Part shown: positions 29,137 through 39,900 of the stretch, piece after piece
Layout of the letters: each line of letters begins with the position of its first letter
Numbering within the stretch: the first letter of the stretch is position 1
Origin: a virus
Taxonomy: Duplodnaviria; Caudoviricetes
Length of the DNA stretch: 64,000 nt
IMG/VR virus record: IMGVR_UViG_2522572160_000003
Reading direction: 5' to 3' (one strand)
Notes under the pieces: generated by a model
Told to the model about the DNA's origin: nothing
The model's input: only the letters and a program-made list of their open reading frames with translations
Databases searched by the model: none
Made by a program: the position numbers and the translations under genes

Positions 29137-30932
29137 ATTCCAACCTCTCCTTTTTCTTTAAGGGCCGCATGAATGCATCCCGGCCTATTTATATTATCGC
29201 ACACATAGTACTTGGCATAAATACAACCACTATAGTCATCACCATTACTAAGGTTCCGCTCCATATTGTGATCAGGCTCCACACCTTGTAAAAACTTACC
29301 ATAATAAGGATTCAACAGGGAGGGCTCCTCTTGTTCAGTTGCATTTTCATCAGAAGACAATTTAATGAGTTCGCTTTTTGACAGTTTTTCGTGGAGTAAA
29401 AACCCTTTAAACATAACTCTAAAGCTGTTGCACAGTCTGGTTATAAAACCTATATCATGACTCACCGCCAGAATAGAGGTATTGTATTGGATTGCAAAAT
29501 TATCCAAAACAGTCACCAAAAGGTTTTCATTTTCCTGGTCAAGCCCTCGGGAAATTTCATCCAACAGAAGCAGCTTGGGCTCTTTAGCTGCGGCCGCATC
29601 ATAGATATTCATAAACAACAGGGCTCGTAACAGGGAAAAACGGCGAGCTTGGCCCATTGAAAGAAGCGTCATCTGTTTTTTCCTGAATTCACATAGCTCT
29701 TTGCTACCAGAGAAAAGATTGAGATCGGAACCCAATTCCTCAAACTTTTTATCAAACAAATTTTTGGGAGCTTTTATTCTGCTTTGAATTCTATCCAGAT
29801 TCTTCTTGACCGTTTCATTGGGGGCGAGTGCGCCGGTAGTGTCTTGAAACACCATTTGAATTCTACGACAGCGAGGCAGCATGGGTTGTGTTATGACTGG
29901 CTCCAAGCCGTCTCTGAAAGAAAACTCACTCAAAAGTCTTGATTTATAATCCGATTTACTAAATAAACTTCCGGCGATTCTTAACAATGTGGTTTTGCCA
30001 GACCCTGATTCACCAATCAACCCCAAACGCTGGCCATTTCGTAATTGTAGGTCATCCAGTTCCCAAAGACAGAAATCCTTGTTGCTGTTATAAACTGAGA
30101 AAGAACCATCGACTTTCAATCTATATATCACTGGATTTTGTTTAAATAAGTCACCGTCATCCAGGGTAGGGCAGTTTTTTGAACGGCCGCTTGGAAGGAT
30201 CTCGCAGTCTTTATAGTCTTTTACGGCCTCCTTCTTCACCAGTCGCCCATGATCTATTTTATAATGCCTTAATTTTTTGGATTTTAACCATTCCCATTCC
30301 TTCCATTTATGGGTAACTAAAATCACCGTCCACTCAGGATCGTCAAAAAAATGTTCAATGGCCGTCACGGTAGCCCTGAATGATATACGGTCAATATCGG
30401 TTAATGGCTCGTCAAGAATTAAAATTCTTCGCTTTGATTTCTCGTGGTTGCGCTTGGCAAACATGAGAGATACCCGTTGGCACTCCCCCCCACTACAGTC
30501 TTTTGGCATTCTTGTGGCAATATATTGTTTATTCAGCAATAGTTCTCTATAGTCTTCATCACTACCAGGGCACTGCGCTTCTATTGCCCTATAGGGATGC
30601 AAACTGTTGACAGCGTCCTGAAATACCACCCTGCACGATTTATACATATTAGTTTGATTAATATAATCTTTGTATTGAAGCCAGGGCCCGGAACCTCCTT
30701 GCCGAAATTCTCCATTAACCATACTTGCAGGAGCTATTCCCAGTAAGGTTTTCAGGAAAAAGGATTTGCCTTCACCAGATCCCCCAGTAATCAAAACCTT
30801 GTCGCCTTGGTTAAGCACAAAACCCTTTCCCTTTTTATCGTGCGGATGCTCTTCATCGTTAGTGATGCTCAGCACGAAACCACTTCTTCTGGGAATCATT
30901 TCAAGTAGTCTAATATGTAATATTTCAGTCAT
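29127..30932 (-). CDS. ABC transporter ATP-binding protein, two fused NBDs (OppD/F-DppD/F-like)
   Basis: GGSGEGKS / VFQD / CSGGECQR / ILDEP / VTH and GESGSGKT / VFQD / LSMGQARR / LLDE / VSHD; C-terminal NPYY plus Cys cluster. Confidence 0.9.
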   Translation of the reverse strand: MTEILHIRLLEMIPRRSGFVLSITNDEEHPHDKKGKGFVLNQGDKVLITGGSGEGKSFFLKTLLGIAPASMVNGEFRQGGSGPWLQYKDYINQTNMYKSCRVVFQDAVNSLHPYRAIEAQCPGSDEDYRELLLNKQYIATRMPKDCSGGECQRVSLMFAKRNHEKSKRRILILDEPLTDIDRISFRATVTAIEHFFDDPEWTVILVTHKWKEWEWLKSKKLRHYKIDHGRLVKKEAVKDYKDCEILPSGRSKNCPTLDDGDLFKQNPVIYRLKVDGSFSVYNSNKDFCLWELDDLQLRNGQRLGLIGESGSGKTTLLRIAGSLFSKSDYKSRLLSEFSFRDGLEPVITQPMLPRCRRIQMVFQDTTGALAPNETVKKNLDRIQSRIKAPKNLFDKKFEELGSDLNLFSGSKELCEFRKKQMTLLSMGQARRFSLLRALLFMNIYDAAAAKEPKLLLLDEISRGLDQENENLLVTVLDNFAIQYNTSILAVSHDIGFITRLCNSFRVMFKGFLLHEKLSKSELIKLSSDENATEQEEPSLLNPYYGKFLQGVEPDHNMERNLSNGDDYSGCIYAKYYVCDNINRPGCIHAALKEKGEVGICM

Positions 30933-32148
30933 CCCTTTGCAACTCGCTTAAATCAAAGAAAATGAAGGTTAATAGCAAAAGAAAAAATATTGCCATACTG
31001 TTCATTTTACGGTAATAGTTGACAATGCCATCATAAAATAAGGTCTCATGCTCAACCGGATGTAAGAAGTTATAAGAGGATGATTCCAGTTGTTTAGCCT
31101 TTTCTGAGTCCTTTTTATTTTTCTTTGCCTGAGACAAATAGTGTCTTAATTCCTTTCTTTGGTCTGGATCAATGATTGCATAATGGTGACGCAACATGAA
31201 CGCGGCCTTGTTAGAGGCATTTTCATCCTCGAGAGTTTTAACCTCAAGCAGAAAATCTCGGAAATTCTTCCCCTCTCTATTCTGGGCCTTGGATAATGTA
31301 TTCAGGTAATCAACTTGATTATAGTAGTATCCTCCTGTACAAAAAACAGAGTTCTCTTTTATTGGATCATTATATGGAGCAATAATGCTAAAAGAAAAAT
31401 CTAGAATCATAATAAAAACAGCCACGTACAAAACATGCCGAATAAATGTCCTAAACAAAAACTGACGATAAAATAAATCAAAGCATAGTCGAAAATTACC
31501 AATCCCCATCATTCTTTCGGCATCAAACAATCCCGTCTTTCTAATAGCCAAAATTCGACGTCGATTTTGCCTTAATAAGAAACTGAACAGAAAAAGGCCG
31601 AAGCCAGTAAAAACGATTAATATATATAACCAGTTTGGAGCGCCATATTTTCGAACCAATCCCCTGGCAAAAACAATAAACAATAAAGCCCACAATATGT
31701 ACGGAACAGAGTCAAAGAGATCTGCCAAAATAGATCCGATTCTCTTGAAGCTATAATGCCTGCTTTCCTCACATATAAAGGCAAAAACAAAAGAAAATGC
31801 TGCTATTAACAAAGCTGCAAATCCGATTTGACAAAAGGTAAAGCCCCAAGATTTAAAATACTTGTACCTAATTGAGCGTGCTGCGGCAGGCCCCATTGTT
31901 TCAACAGTCAGGCCGTGGAATTCATAAAAAAAATTTTCTACGCCCTCTCCTGGCGTCTCCCTTTTGGAGTTAAGGTATGGTAAAAAGGACTGGCTATTAG
32001 AAGTTTTTTGGAAAAATATGGATTTTACTGCGCTTTGAGTTACGTTCTCTAAAGAATTAAAATAGTTAAAACTGGAATAAACAACTAACAAGATGCCAAT
32101 AGATAACAGTACAAACCTAATAACCTTTATATCGCCTAAACCAATCAT
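30925..32148 (-). CDS. ABC transporter permease (divergent OppC/DppC-like)
   Basis: Multiple TM helices; DLFDSVPYIL and an EAA-like FDAERMMG loop; lies between SBP and ATPase. Confidence 0.75.
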   Translation of the reverse strand: MIGLGDIKVIRFVLLSIGILLVVYSSFNYFNSLENVTQSAVKSIFFQKTSNSQSFLPYLNSKRETPGEGVENFFYEFHGLTVETMGPAAARSIRYKYFKSWGFTFCQIGFAALLIAAFSFVFAFICEESRHYSFKRIGSILADLFDSVPYILWALLFIVFARGLVRKYGAPNWLYILIVFTGFGLFLFSFLLRQNRRRILAIRKTGLFDAERMMGIGNFRLCFDLFYRQFLFRTFIRHVLYVAVFIMILDFSFSIIAPYNDPIKENSVFCTGGYYYNQVDYLNTLSKAQNREGKNFRDFLLEVKTLEDENASNKAAFMLRHHYAIIDPDQRKELRHYLSQAKKNKKDSEKAKQLESSSYNFLHPVEHETLFYDGIVNYYRKMNSMAIFFLLLLTFIFFDLSELQRDD

Positions 32149-32182
32149 TGAGATACGACCTCCAGGTGGAGCAGCTCATGGA

Positions 32183-33031
32183 TCAAACGAGCATACTCCT
32201 CTTTGACTCCCATGCATAAAGGCATGTGTCCAGAAAAATTTTTAATGGCATAATAACGAGGGCCATACTTAAAAGATATGTAAAAAACTGTGCATAAGAC
32301 GCATCTTCCATAGCAAATCGCAAAAGGTCGCCAACGACCCCTCCCGCGGCATCGGTCTCCCCTTGCAATAAGTAATCAGTGAACACAGTAAAAGAGAACA
32401 AGTATAAGAGCAAGGGGGACGTATTGCCCAGAAAAATCCAAAGCACTCTCTCTTTCAAGTAGTGAATTTTAGCCCCTCTCGGGCCAAGATATGAAGGCAG
32501 TTTATAAGGAGCCGATACAACATACAATTTTTTATACTCAGTAACTATTTCAAAAACAAATGTATAGAGAAAAAAATATAAAAGTGCATTGGATAGTAAA
32601 AGTGAAAGTGTTTTTGACCAAAAGATGCTTTCTCCAAACCAGGAATACAACGGGTCAACGTAACATACAATTGGTTTTGAACTGAAATATAAAAGACAAA
32701 AAAAGCTCGCAATTCCGAACATCAATGAAATCCGGACATGTACTTTTTTTATTCCAATTGAGGCAAATATACCAATAAGAAATGCGACTATCCAAAATAT
32801 TACAAAAGCCCAAAAAACATCCTGTAACGTCCGAAAAGCAGCTTTAAAAGCATCCCAAACCATATAAATATCTGCAGTTTTACTAATCACCGTTACAGTT
32901 ACTAAAGATATCGCCATTATGCCTGTTGCCGCCACCTTCCACTTGCAATATTTCAAAGCTGCAAGTATATGCGGCAAGATGCTCAGAACATGTTGATCTG
33001 GCGCGTTATTTTTCAATTCTTCAACCTCCAT
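32183..33031 (-). CDS. Polytopic membrane protein, probable second ABC permease (divergent OppB-like)
   Basis: About six TM helices; EYKKLYVVSA resembles the E....YV..A loop; position in the ABC cluster. Confidence 0.65.
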   Translation of the reverse strand: MEVEELKNNAPDQHVLSILPHILAALKYCKWKVAATGIMAISLVTVTVISKTADIYMVWDAFKAAFRTLQDVFWAFVIFWIVAFLIGIFASIGIKKVHVRISLMFGIASFFCLLYFSSKPIVCYVDPLYSWFGESIFWSKTLSLLLSNALLYFFLYTFVFEIVTEYKKLYVVSAPYKLPSYLGPRGAKIHYLKERVLWIFLGNTSPLLLYLFSFTVFTDYLLQGETDAAGGVVGDLLRFAMEDASYAQFFTYLLSMALVIMPLKIFLDTCLYAWESKRSMLV

Positions 33032-34653
33032 GACCTAATATTGTAAAATGGCATTACTTTTCTTTCATCATTACATTCGCATTCCCTTTTTAAATTTACG
33101 TCGAACAGGTCTCTGCGTTTAAACCTGCCAACAACTGCTACGGGAAAGGTTTCTCCAACAATAATCCCAAATTTAGAAACCCCGTCAGTGCCACCGGCTA
33201 TGCATGCATCAATTTCATCTGACTCGACAACATCATTGGGAACTCCCAAAATATTAAGGGAGCTTCCGTCTTTTACAAACAACATGTATTTATGCCTAGA
33301 ACGTCCGTAAAAAAATATATCGAAATTCATATCAAATTCTTTTTCTTCAATGATGGAGTTGTAGCCCCTTCTTCCTGTCACTGGTGGTTCAAAGGAGAAA
33401 TTGACAATCCCTTCCCATATTTGATTTAGTTCCTCGGTCATTTTTTCAAAATCGTTTTTTTCGAAAGCATAGTCAATCTCTGGGGAATAATATATTTTTA
33501 TTTTGAGGTTTTTAACATCCCCATGTTTCTTTGCAAATTTTTGGGCTTCCTTTCTCGTTTCATGAAAAGAAGGTGCGTTCATTCCGTTCTTCTGATCAAA
33601 ACTTTCGTAAAGGAACACCCCTGGGGTAAGGTTTTCAACTTCATCACTTGATTCTTCTTGCCCTAGATTATCGTCAATCTTGATACCGCGCATTTTCCGT
33701 TTAATCGGTGAAAGATTCCAGACAGAATGTGTGAATATCGCTCTAAACTCTAAAGACAAAAAAAGATCCTCAAACTTTTCGCTATCATAATTGAAGCCGA
33801 TATAGGTAAAACTATCAAGGTCTGGAGAAGCTTTGAACTCGTAAATATCGGGTGACACGGGTAGGGTGCTGGGAACTGAGAGTATTACATTTGGTCGTCT
33901 CTTGACATCACTAAGGGTTGTGGTCATCTCTTTTCGGAGATCATAATAGTTGAATTTGACGTTAGAAATATTTGTTTTCTGAGGATCTCTGGATGAAAGA
34001 GAAAGTTTTCTTGAATCGATGTCGCTAATTTTGTAATACCCTCCTGTAGCTTTATTATATATATCAATTCCCCCTTTCCCTACGATCGTCTGCGAATAAA
34101 AATCATTTGAAGCACAACGAAGTATGGGAAAATCTAAAATATTCATTAACACCCACGATTGGGCGCTTTTTGTATAATCTGCATACAATCTATTCCCATC
34201 AACTCTGAAGCGAAGTGCATGGTAAGGATTTTTGGGAACTTGTTTGATTTGTTCAACTGTATACGCAACGTCATTTATGGATAGTGCTGTGCTCGCGCAA
34301 TTTGGACATTCATCATTGTTCAGGTCTAAAGTGAGAAAATTTGACCCATTTCGTGGTTCGTTTGCCTTCCCTTTGGCTTGGCAAATAGCACTACGTAAAA
34401 ATGCGTTTTCGGACTCCGGGTCATCCAAACAACTTCTTGCATACAAAGTTTCCGTAGTGAATTGATTTAACACAAAAGATGGGTAACTTGCGTATTGAAG
34501 TGGATTCCAATCTGATGTGTATTGTATGGTTGATATACTTAACTCTACAGAGTCATTTGGTTCTATACCCAGAGCGAAATCTCCCCCTATCAGCAATATA
34601 GTCAAAGTAACCATTACATTTATCGCCGTTGACCTCCAACAAGATCTTATCAT
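33013..34653 (-). CDS. ABC substrate-binding protein, family 5 (OppA/DppA-like, divergent)
   Basis: Signal peptide; DWNPL...ETLY, LSINDVAYT, TGGYY and YIGFN motifs; 546 aa. Confidence 0.75.
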   Translation of the reverse strand: MIRSCWRSTAINVMVTLTILLIGGDFALGIEPNDSVELSISTIQYTSDWNPLQYASYPSFVLNQFTTETLYARSCLDDPESENAFLRSAICQAKGKANEPRNGSNFLTLDLNNDECPNCASTALSINDVAYTVEQIKQVPKNPYHALRFRVDGNRLYADYTKSAQSWVLMNILDFPILRCASNDFYSQTIVGKGGIDIYNKATGGYYKISDIDSRKLSLSSRDPQKTNISNVKFNYYDLRKEMTTTLSDVKRRPNVILSVPSTLPVSPDIYEFKASPDLDSFTYIGFNYDSEKFEDLFLSLEFRAIFTHSVWNLSPIKRKMRGIKIDDNLGQEESSDEVENLTPGVFLYESFDQKNGMNAPSFHETRKEAQKFAKKHGDVKNLKIKIYYSPEIDYAFEKNDFEKMTEELNQIWEGIVNFSFEPPVTGRRGYNSIIEEKEFDMNFDIFFYGRSRHKYMLFVKDGSSLNILGVPNDVVESDEIDACIAGGTDGVSKFGIIVGETFPVAVVGRFKRRDLFDVNLKRECECNDERKVMPFYNIRSWRLKN

Positions 34654-34690
34654 AAGTTGTCTCCCAAGCTCCTTATATTGTATAAATCCC

Positions 34691-35650
34691 TCAATTATGC
34701 AATACCAGTTTACTTCTCCATAAAATATCTTCTAATTGCTGCAACTCAGGATATCTTTTTTTTAAGTCATCCCGCGGGTAAAAAAACTCCTGTAGCACCA
34801 ACCCAGGATTTCTAAAAGCAGCAAGCCGGGCATATTCCATATAGTAACAGGTGAAAAATTCAGATTTTTTTATCTCGAATGGTCGATTCCGCGGGTTCGC
34901 CAAGTATAAGTTAATTCCCCCAAAAGAATCCTCCGAGGAAAATTGATTATAGAATTCCCTTAAGTAAGGATTCGTAACTTCTGTTAGGGGCCATTCAACA
35001 CTCTTATCACAAACATTCAGGACGTTTGTAATGAAGTAAACCAGAAAATTGTGAATTTCGGCTTCCCTTCCTGTTGCATTAGCATCCAATATTGCAAGTT
35101 CAGAGCAGTATTTTTCATCAACAAGATTTTGAAGTTCGGCAATCGCTGGTTCTAATCGGCGTGGATCCTCCAAATGGAAATTAATTTCGGGGTTGTCATA
35201 TGGCTCTAAATAGTCGCCTTCAGAAGTGCTATCGATTATTGCCCGAGCATTGGCCACGTACAATTCAATCTTCTCTTTATCTTTGATACTTATTGCCTTC
35301 AAGTTGTGAGAACTATGCTCCACGATCTCAGTCTTTTCATTGAGATAGGCTTCAAGAACTTCGGCATGACACCGGACTAACAATTCATAAATAGTTTTTT
35401 TAACAAACAAATCAGTTATTTCCTGTGGAACATCTAATAGTTTAACATCGTCTACAGGATATGCTTTTTTAGAAATGTAAGATTCAGCATTATTCGCTCC
35501 GTGTTTTCCATCAGAGACAGTATTTGTAACTGAAGGACTTTCCTTTAAATTAAGACCTTTCTCAACATTCTGAAAGTGAATGACTATTGCGACAAGCAGT
35601 AGAGTAAACGTCGTAGTTGCAACTGCTATAAACCACGCTCCCCGCTTCAT
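34691..35650 (-). CDS. Membrane-anchored hypothetical protein
   Basis: N-terminal TM; ATGA overlap with the upstream gene. Confidence 0.75.
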   Translation of the reverse strand: MKRGAWFIAVATTTFTLLLVAIVIHFQNVEKGLNLKESPSVTNTVSDGKHGANNAESYISKKAYPVDDVKLLDVPQEITDLFVKKTIYELLVRCHAEVLEAYLNEKTEIVEHSSHNLKAISIKDKEKIELYVANARAIIDSTSEGDYLEPYDNPEINFHLEDPRRLEPAIAELQNLVDEKYCSELAILDANATGREAEIHNFLVYFITNVLNVCDKSVEWPLTEVTNPYLREFYNQFSSEDSFGGINLYLANPRNRPFEIKKSEFFTCYYMEYARLAAFRNPGLVLQEFFYPRDDLKKRYPELQQLEDILWRSKLVLHN

Positions 35651-36963
35651 AATGTTTCCTCCAAAATTTTAAAAATCAGTATATTAGTAGAGGAACTGCT
35701 TGGCCTACCTTGCAACTTCTGCTTGACCGACGCTTGAACTGCCAGAAAATTCTCCCCCTTATAAGAAAATGGATACACCCAAGAAACATGATTAAGCGTT
35801 ATTAATGTCTCCCCATCGCTTTTCGCCCAAACTTGCTGGTATAAAAAATGATCGCTAATCCATTCCGCCCGTTTCTCTAATATTTCCTGGTCATTTCTTC
35901 CCTCAATATCGTCCAAACGGTTTCGAATTTTTTTGTAAGCATTGCAAACACTAAAGCTATTGGGAAATCCAAGCTCGTCTTCACTGCATTTAGGGCCACA
36001 TTTTATCCGAAACACCTTCAAACTGTCGCCCATCTTAGTAAAATATAATTCATCTCCAAGCCAAGCAAATGAATTGGGGTATAGAAAGTAATTATCAGCC
36101 CTGCAGTCATAGACATTTACGCGTGCAACAGTTTGCACGGGTTCTTTAAGATTCACGATATCATAAATGTATAATCCCCAGATATTGTTTTTGTCCACAT
36201 AGGCAACCGCCAAATACTCCCCAGATTGTGAAAATCTCGGGTAAAATATCGGATTTTCACTTTTCAGAACCCTCTGGCTTCCTTTTTCGTGAATACAAAC
36301 GCGGGGAAAGTTGTTTAAATCATGGTATGAAACAGCATACTTTTTCCCATCAGGATGCATGTCAAAATCAAAAAGACCTTCTGAGTTGTCAATTGTTTGT
36401 TTTTTCCCTTTTTGATCATACAAGTAATCATGACTAATAAAAGTAACCTTGTTTTTCGATTTCATCAATGTAACTGGTCTTTCATCTGAATTCATTATAG
36501 GCAAAGAAATCGGACGATTATCTGGAATACTTTTAAATATAAAATTATTGTCAACATCCTCCCAAAATATGGGTCCCCGAGAAAAAGAAACAAGCCTACC
36601 CGGAGAAGGGACTTGATCCAAAAAACTTACCTTCTCTTGATTGATTTTAATCTCAGGGTGAACCATAGCAGGCTCGAGGGCGCAAAAACCTGATTTGTCA
36701 GGCCCCATGACATGGTCTAAGTCATACGCAAAAAGCCTTCCTCCATCTGACGCCAAATCGATAAACATCAAGTAGTCGTCAGCAACAAAAGGGAATTTTA
36801 AACGGCCGCCTTCTGACAGCCAAGAAGGTGGAACGTTCTTTTTTGATACGTAACACCCAGTCTTGTACTCAACCTCAACTCCTATGGCATTGCCAGCGAA
36901 GACTGCTGCCATGAAGAAGACGAATAGCCCCCATTTAGACATTGCGTTGGAACATATCCTCAT
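35647..36963 (-). CDS. Exported TolB-like beta-propeller protein
   Basis: Signal peptide; PD40-like repeats FDMHPDGKKYAV, YPRFSQSGEYLAV and FAWLGDELYF. Confidence 0.75.
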   Translation of the reverse strand: MRICSNAMSKWGLFVFFMAAVFAGNAIGVEVEYKTGCYVSKKNVPPSWLSEGGRLKFPFVADDYLMFIDLASDGGRLFAYDLDHVMGPDKSGFCALEPAMVHPEIKINQEKVSFLDQVPSPGRLVSFSRGPIFWEDVDNNFIFKSIPDNRPISLPIMNSDERPVTLMKSKNKVTFISHDYLYDQKGKKQTIDNSEGLFDFDMHPDGKKYAVSYHDLNNFPRVCIHEKGSQRVLKSENPIFYPRFSQSGEYLAVAYVDKNNIWGLYIYDIVNLKEPVQTVARVNVYDCRADNYFLYPNSFAWLGDELYFTKMGDSLKVFRIKCGPKCSEDELGFPNSFSVCNAYKKIRNRLDDIEGRNDQEILEKRAEWISDHFLYQQVWAKSDGETLITLNHVSWVYPFSYKGENFLAVQASVKQKLQGRPSSSSTNILIFKILEETL

Positions 36964-36964
36964 G

Positions 36965-39900
36965 CTAAAAACCTCTCACAAATTCCACAGAGTTTGAATT
37001 GTTCGATTTTTCCCAATACAAAACCTTTTCTTTTTCACTATTATAAGTAAGAAGTCGAACATCTTTGATGGGAATTCGTTTATCAAAAATCTCGTCTTTG
37101 TATCCGTCGGTCTTAGTAACAATCCAAGATTTCGTTCTGTTGTTATAAAGGAACTTTAGATTTTGTACCTGAACCCTGCCCTTTTGTTCTGTGACTTCAT
37201 GGTTTACAATCAAGATAGATGATAAATTACGGAAATCTTTGTCCAAGGCTTTAATATAAATCTTGACATTTTCTGGAGCCACTGCCACAGCCTCATCAAA
37301 ATAGTTGGTCAAGTCAATTTCTCCTGGAATCGAAGAAATACGCCCCTCTACGTCAAAACGCGTTACAGTTGCTATATATCGGTAGGTCTTAGCTCCATTA
37401 CTAACACGTTGCAATCGCAGGAATCCCATGGCTAACCCTTTTGAATTGAAAAACGTGTCTGAAGACAGAACGGCATCACTGGAACCTTTCGAATGATATA
37501 AAATTTCTTCCTTGCAGCCACTGTTATTGGGCAAATAGGCGATACCCGCCCCTTTAGATAGACAGCACAATGAGTTCCCAAATTTTATGAGATTTACCCC
37601 ACCATCACTTGCGCTCTCATCCTTACTCGTTTGCCAATGCTCGGGTTTCAATAAATGAAGTTTATGGATTTCTTTTGGAGGCGCATCGGTATTCAAAACC
37701 TTTTCCAAAAGGCGAGCGGAACCCTTTGCTGAGAACAAACAGGCTAAATAGGAAGTGTCTGTAAACTCTATGGTTAACGCAACCAAATCTCCTTGCCTGC
37801 CGTCAAAACTAATTAGCTTCCACTCCATCTCCCTATGGGAAAAAGTTAGAACCTCGATAGGACTTATCTGGACTGCAAAATAATCAAGGGTCTCATCTCG
37901 CCCTCCAATGGTCGGCGCAGAATTCAATTTGATTGGAGTACCAACAAATTGCCCGTTGGTTTTGCAGCATGTTTGAAAGTAAAACGGTCCCGACTTCATT
38001 TCATCTTCAGGGCCCATCAGAATGTACATATATGGCGACTGCAATAACGGGCTAAAACAACTTATAATAACATTGCCTTGCATAGGACTGATACTTACTG
38101 TATTGGTAGTGTAACCTGAAAATACTTCATCATTTCCCTCCAATCTTTCAAACTCGCCAGAAAATAAATCGGTTAAATAGTAAATATATGGATTTCCAGC
38201 TTCTACGCACCGCAAGGATCCACCATTATTTTCATTAACTGTCAGCGTGACTGATAAGTCCTGTGTTCGTTCGAGTGCCAGCACCACTCCCTCTTTCTTA
38301 GATAAATCCGTTTTATGTTCAAAAGGTTCTGCGTGAAAACCCATCATTTCCAAAACCTTTTTTGCCAGGTCGGATTCAACGCCAATCAAATGAGGAAGTG
38401 GATGGTTTTGAACCACCAAATCGTTATCGCTCAATACAATTTCAAGGTAGTTCTCAAAATTGGAAATATTTCTCATCTTGTTCCTGTATTTGCTTGTTAC
38501 ATCAGTTTCTGTCAGAAACTTGGCAATCGAAGGCTCCCATCTAACTGGAATCACTTCAATTTCATTCATACCGGCAATGCAATCTATTTGATCTCCTAAA
38601 GAAAAAAGAGTATTGTTATATTTAATTCCAATTTCAACATCGGGAAATATTCCTTCTTTATTCGTCACAGTAAAACTTCGAGGTCTTTTTACCTCTTGAT
38701 TAACAATCAGGGTTAAACACTTGTCTTTATTGAATTTGCTGTCCAGCACTATTCCTTTCTCTTTTTTAGTTTCGTTGCTGTATGCAACTGAACAAATTTT
38801 GAACCCTAAAAGACCAGCCGCTTTTTGCGCATAATTTATGGTTTCTCCCTCAAAATTCGGTCGTATTGAATTTGATTCAATTTTAAGATCATTCGGCTCA
38901 AGATTGATTCGTTCTCCATTTTTGATGACTCCTATGTTTTTCTTAACCGCAGAGTACTTTTGTGTAACTGTATATTCTCGCATTGCACGGGCGACATCGT
39001 CAGTCCAAGCGACGGGTTTGACCTCAATAGATTTTACCTCTTCCACATATGGAATTTCTGCGTCTAAGTCATATGTCCCGCCATTGTATACCACCTTAAT
39101 CTCGACATCTTGCAAAATATATTTTGGCTTGGTGACTGAAAAGTGCTTTGGTTTAGCAACCTCAGGAAGGTCTACCACAAGAGTTGTTTTTCCTTGAGCA
39201 GCGCAAACGAGGGGCTTTATTTTTGCTTCAATATCGCCTTCTATCCCATTCCCGTATTTAATGCCCACATGAAGGTTTCTGCCATTTCTAACGTAATCAT
39301 TAATAAGCTCTACTTTTCCAGATTTTACTGTTTCTCCATTGACTACATTTCCCATATGCACATGGCCGATGCATTGATTTCCGTTCTTATCTGAATACAG
39401 AGAGACCGTGGCCTCCAAGCCGGAATCAATTAACGCGTCCGTCGACCTAATAAAAACAAAAGGAGATTTGTCTATGAATGGAAAATCACTTGGTAGATTG
39501 TTTACGCCTTCAAACATATTCGGGGAAGGGAATCGCTCCTTAACCCTCGCGACAAAATAATGCAAATTCAAAAGGTTGGGCTTGTAAGGTACGATAATAC
39601 CTCTTGCTGCATCCCAAAAACGCTCTTCCTTAGCCTGGCCGTTGGCTGTTGTATAAAGCCCTAAATGACTGCCTTTATTATATTTAATGTAGCCCTCTTC
39701 ATTTCCGGCCCCCATCTCCCCTACGCCATAACACCCATGTGCAATCAATAAAGACTGTGCTCCTCTATCGCGGATAGTCTTATCAATATGGAGGTTCAAC
39801 TCATCAATATTTAAAAGATCAACAAACTCACCGTTTGGAAGCACCTTAACATTACTTGTAAGCATTGCATTTTTTATCGCGTGGGAATGGGTATAAATAA

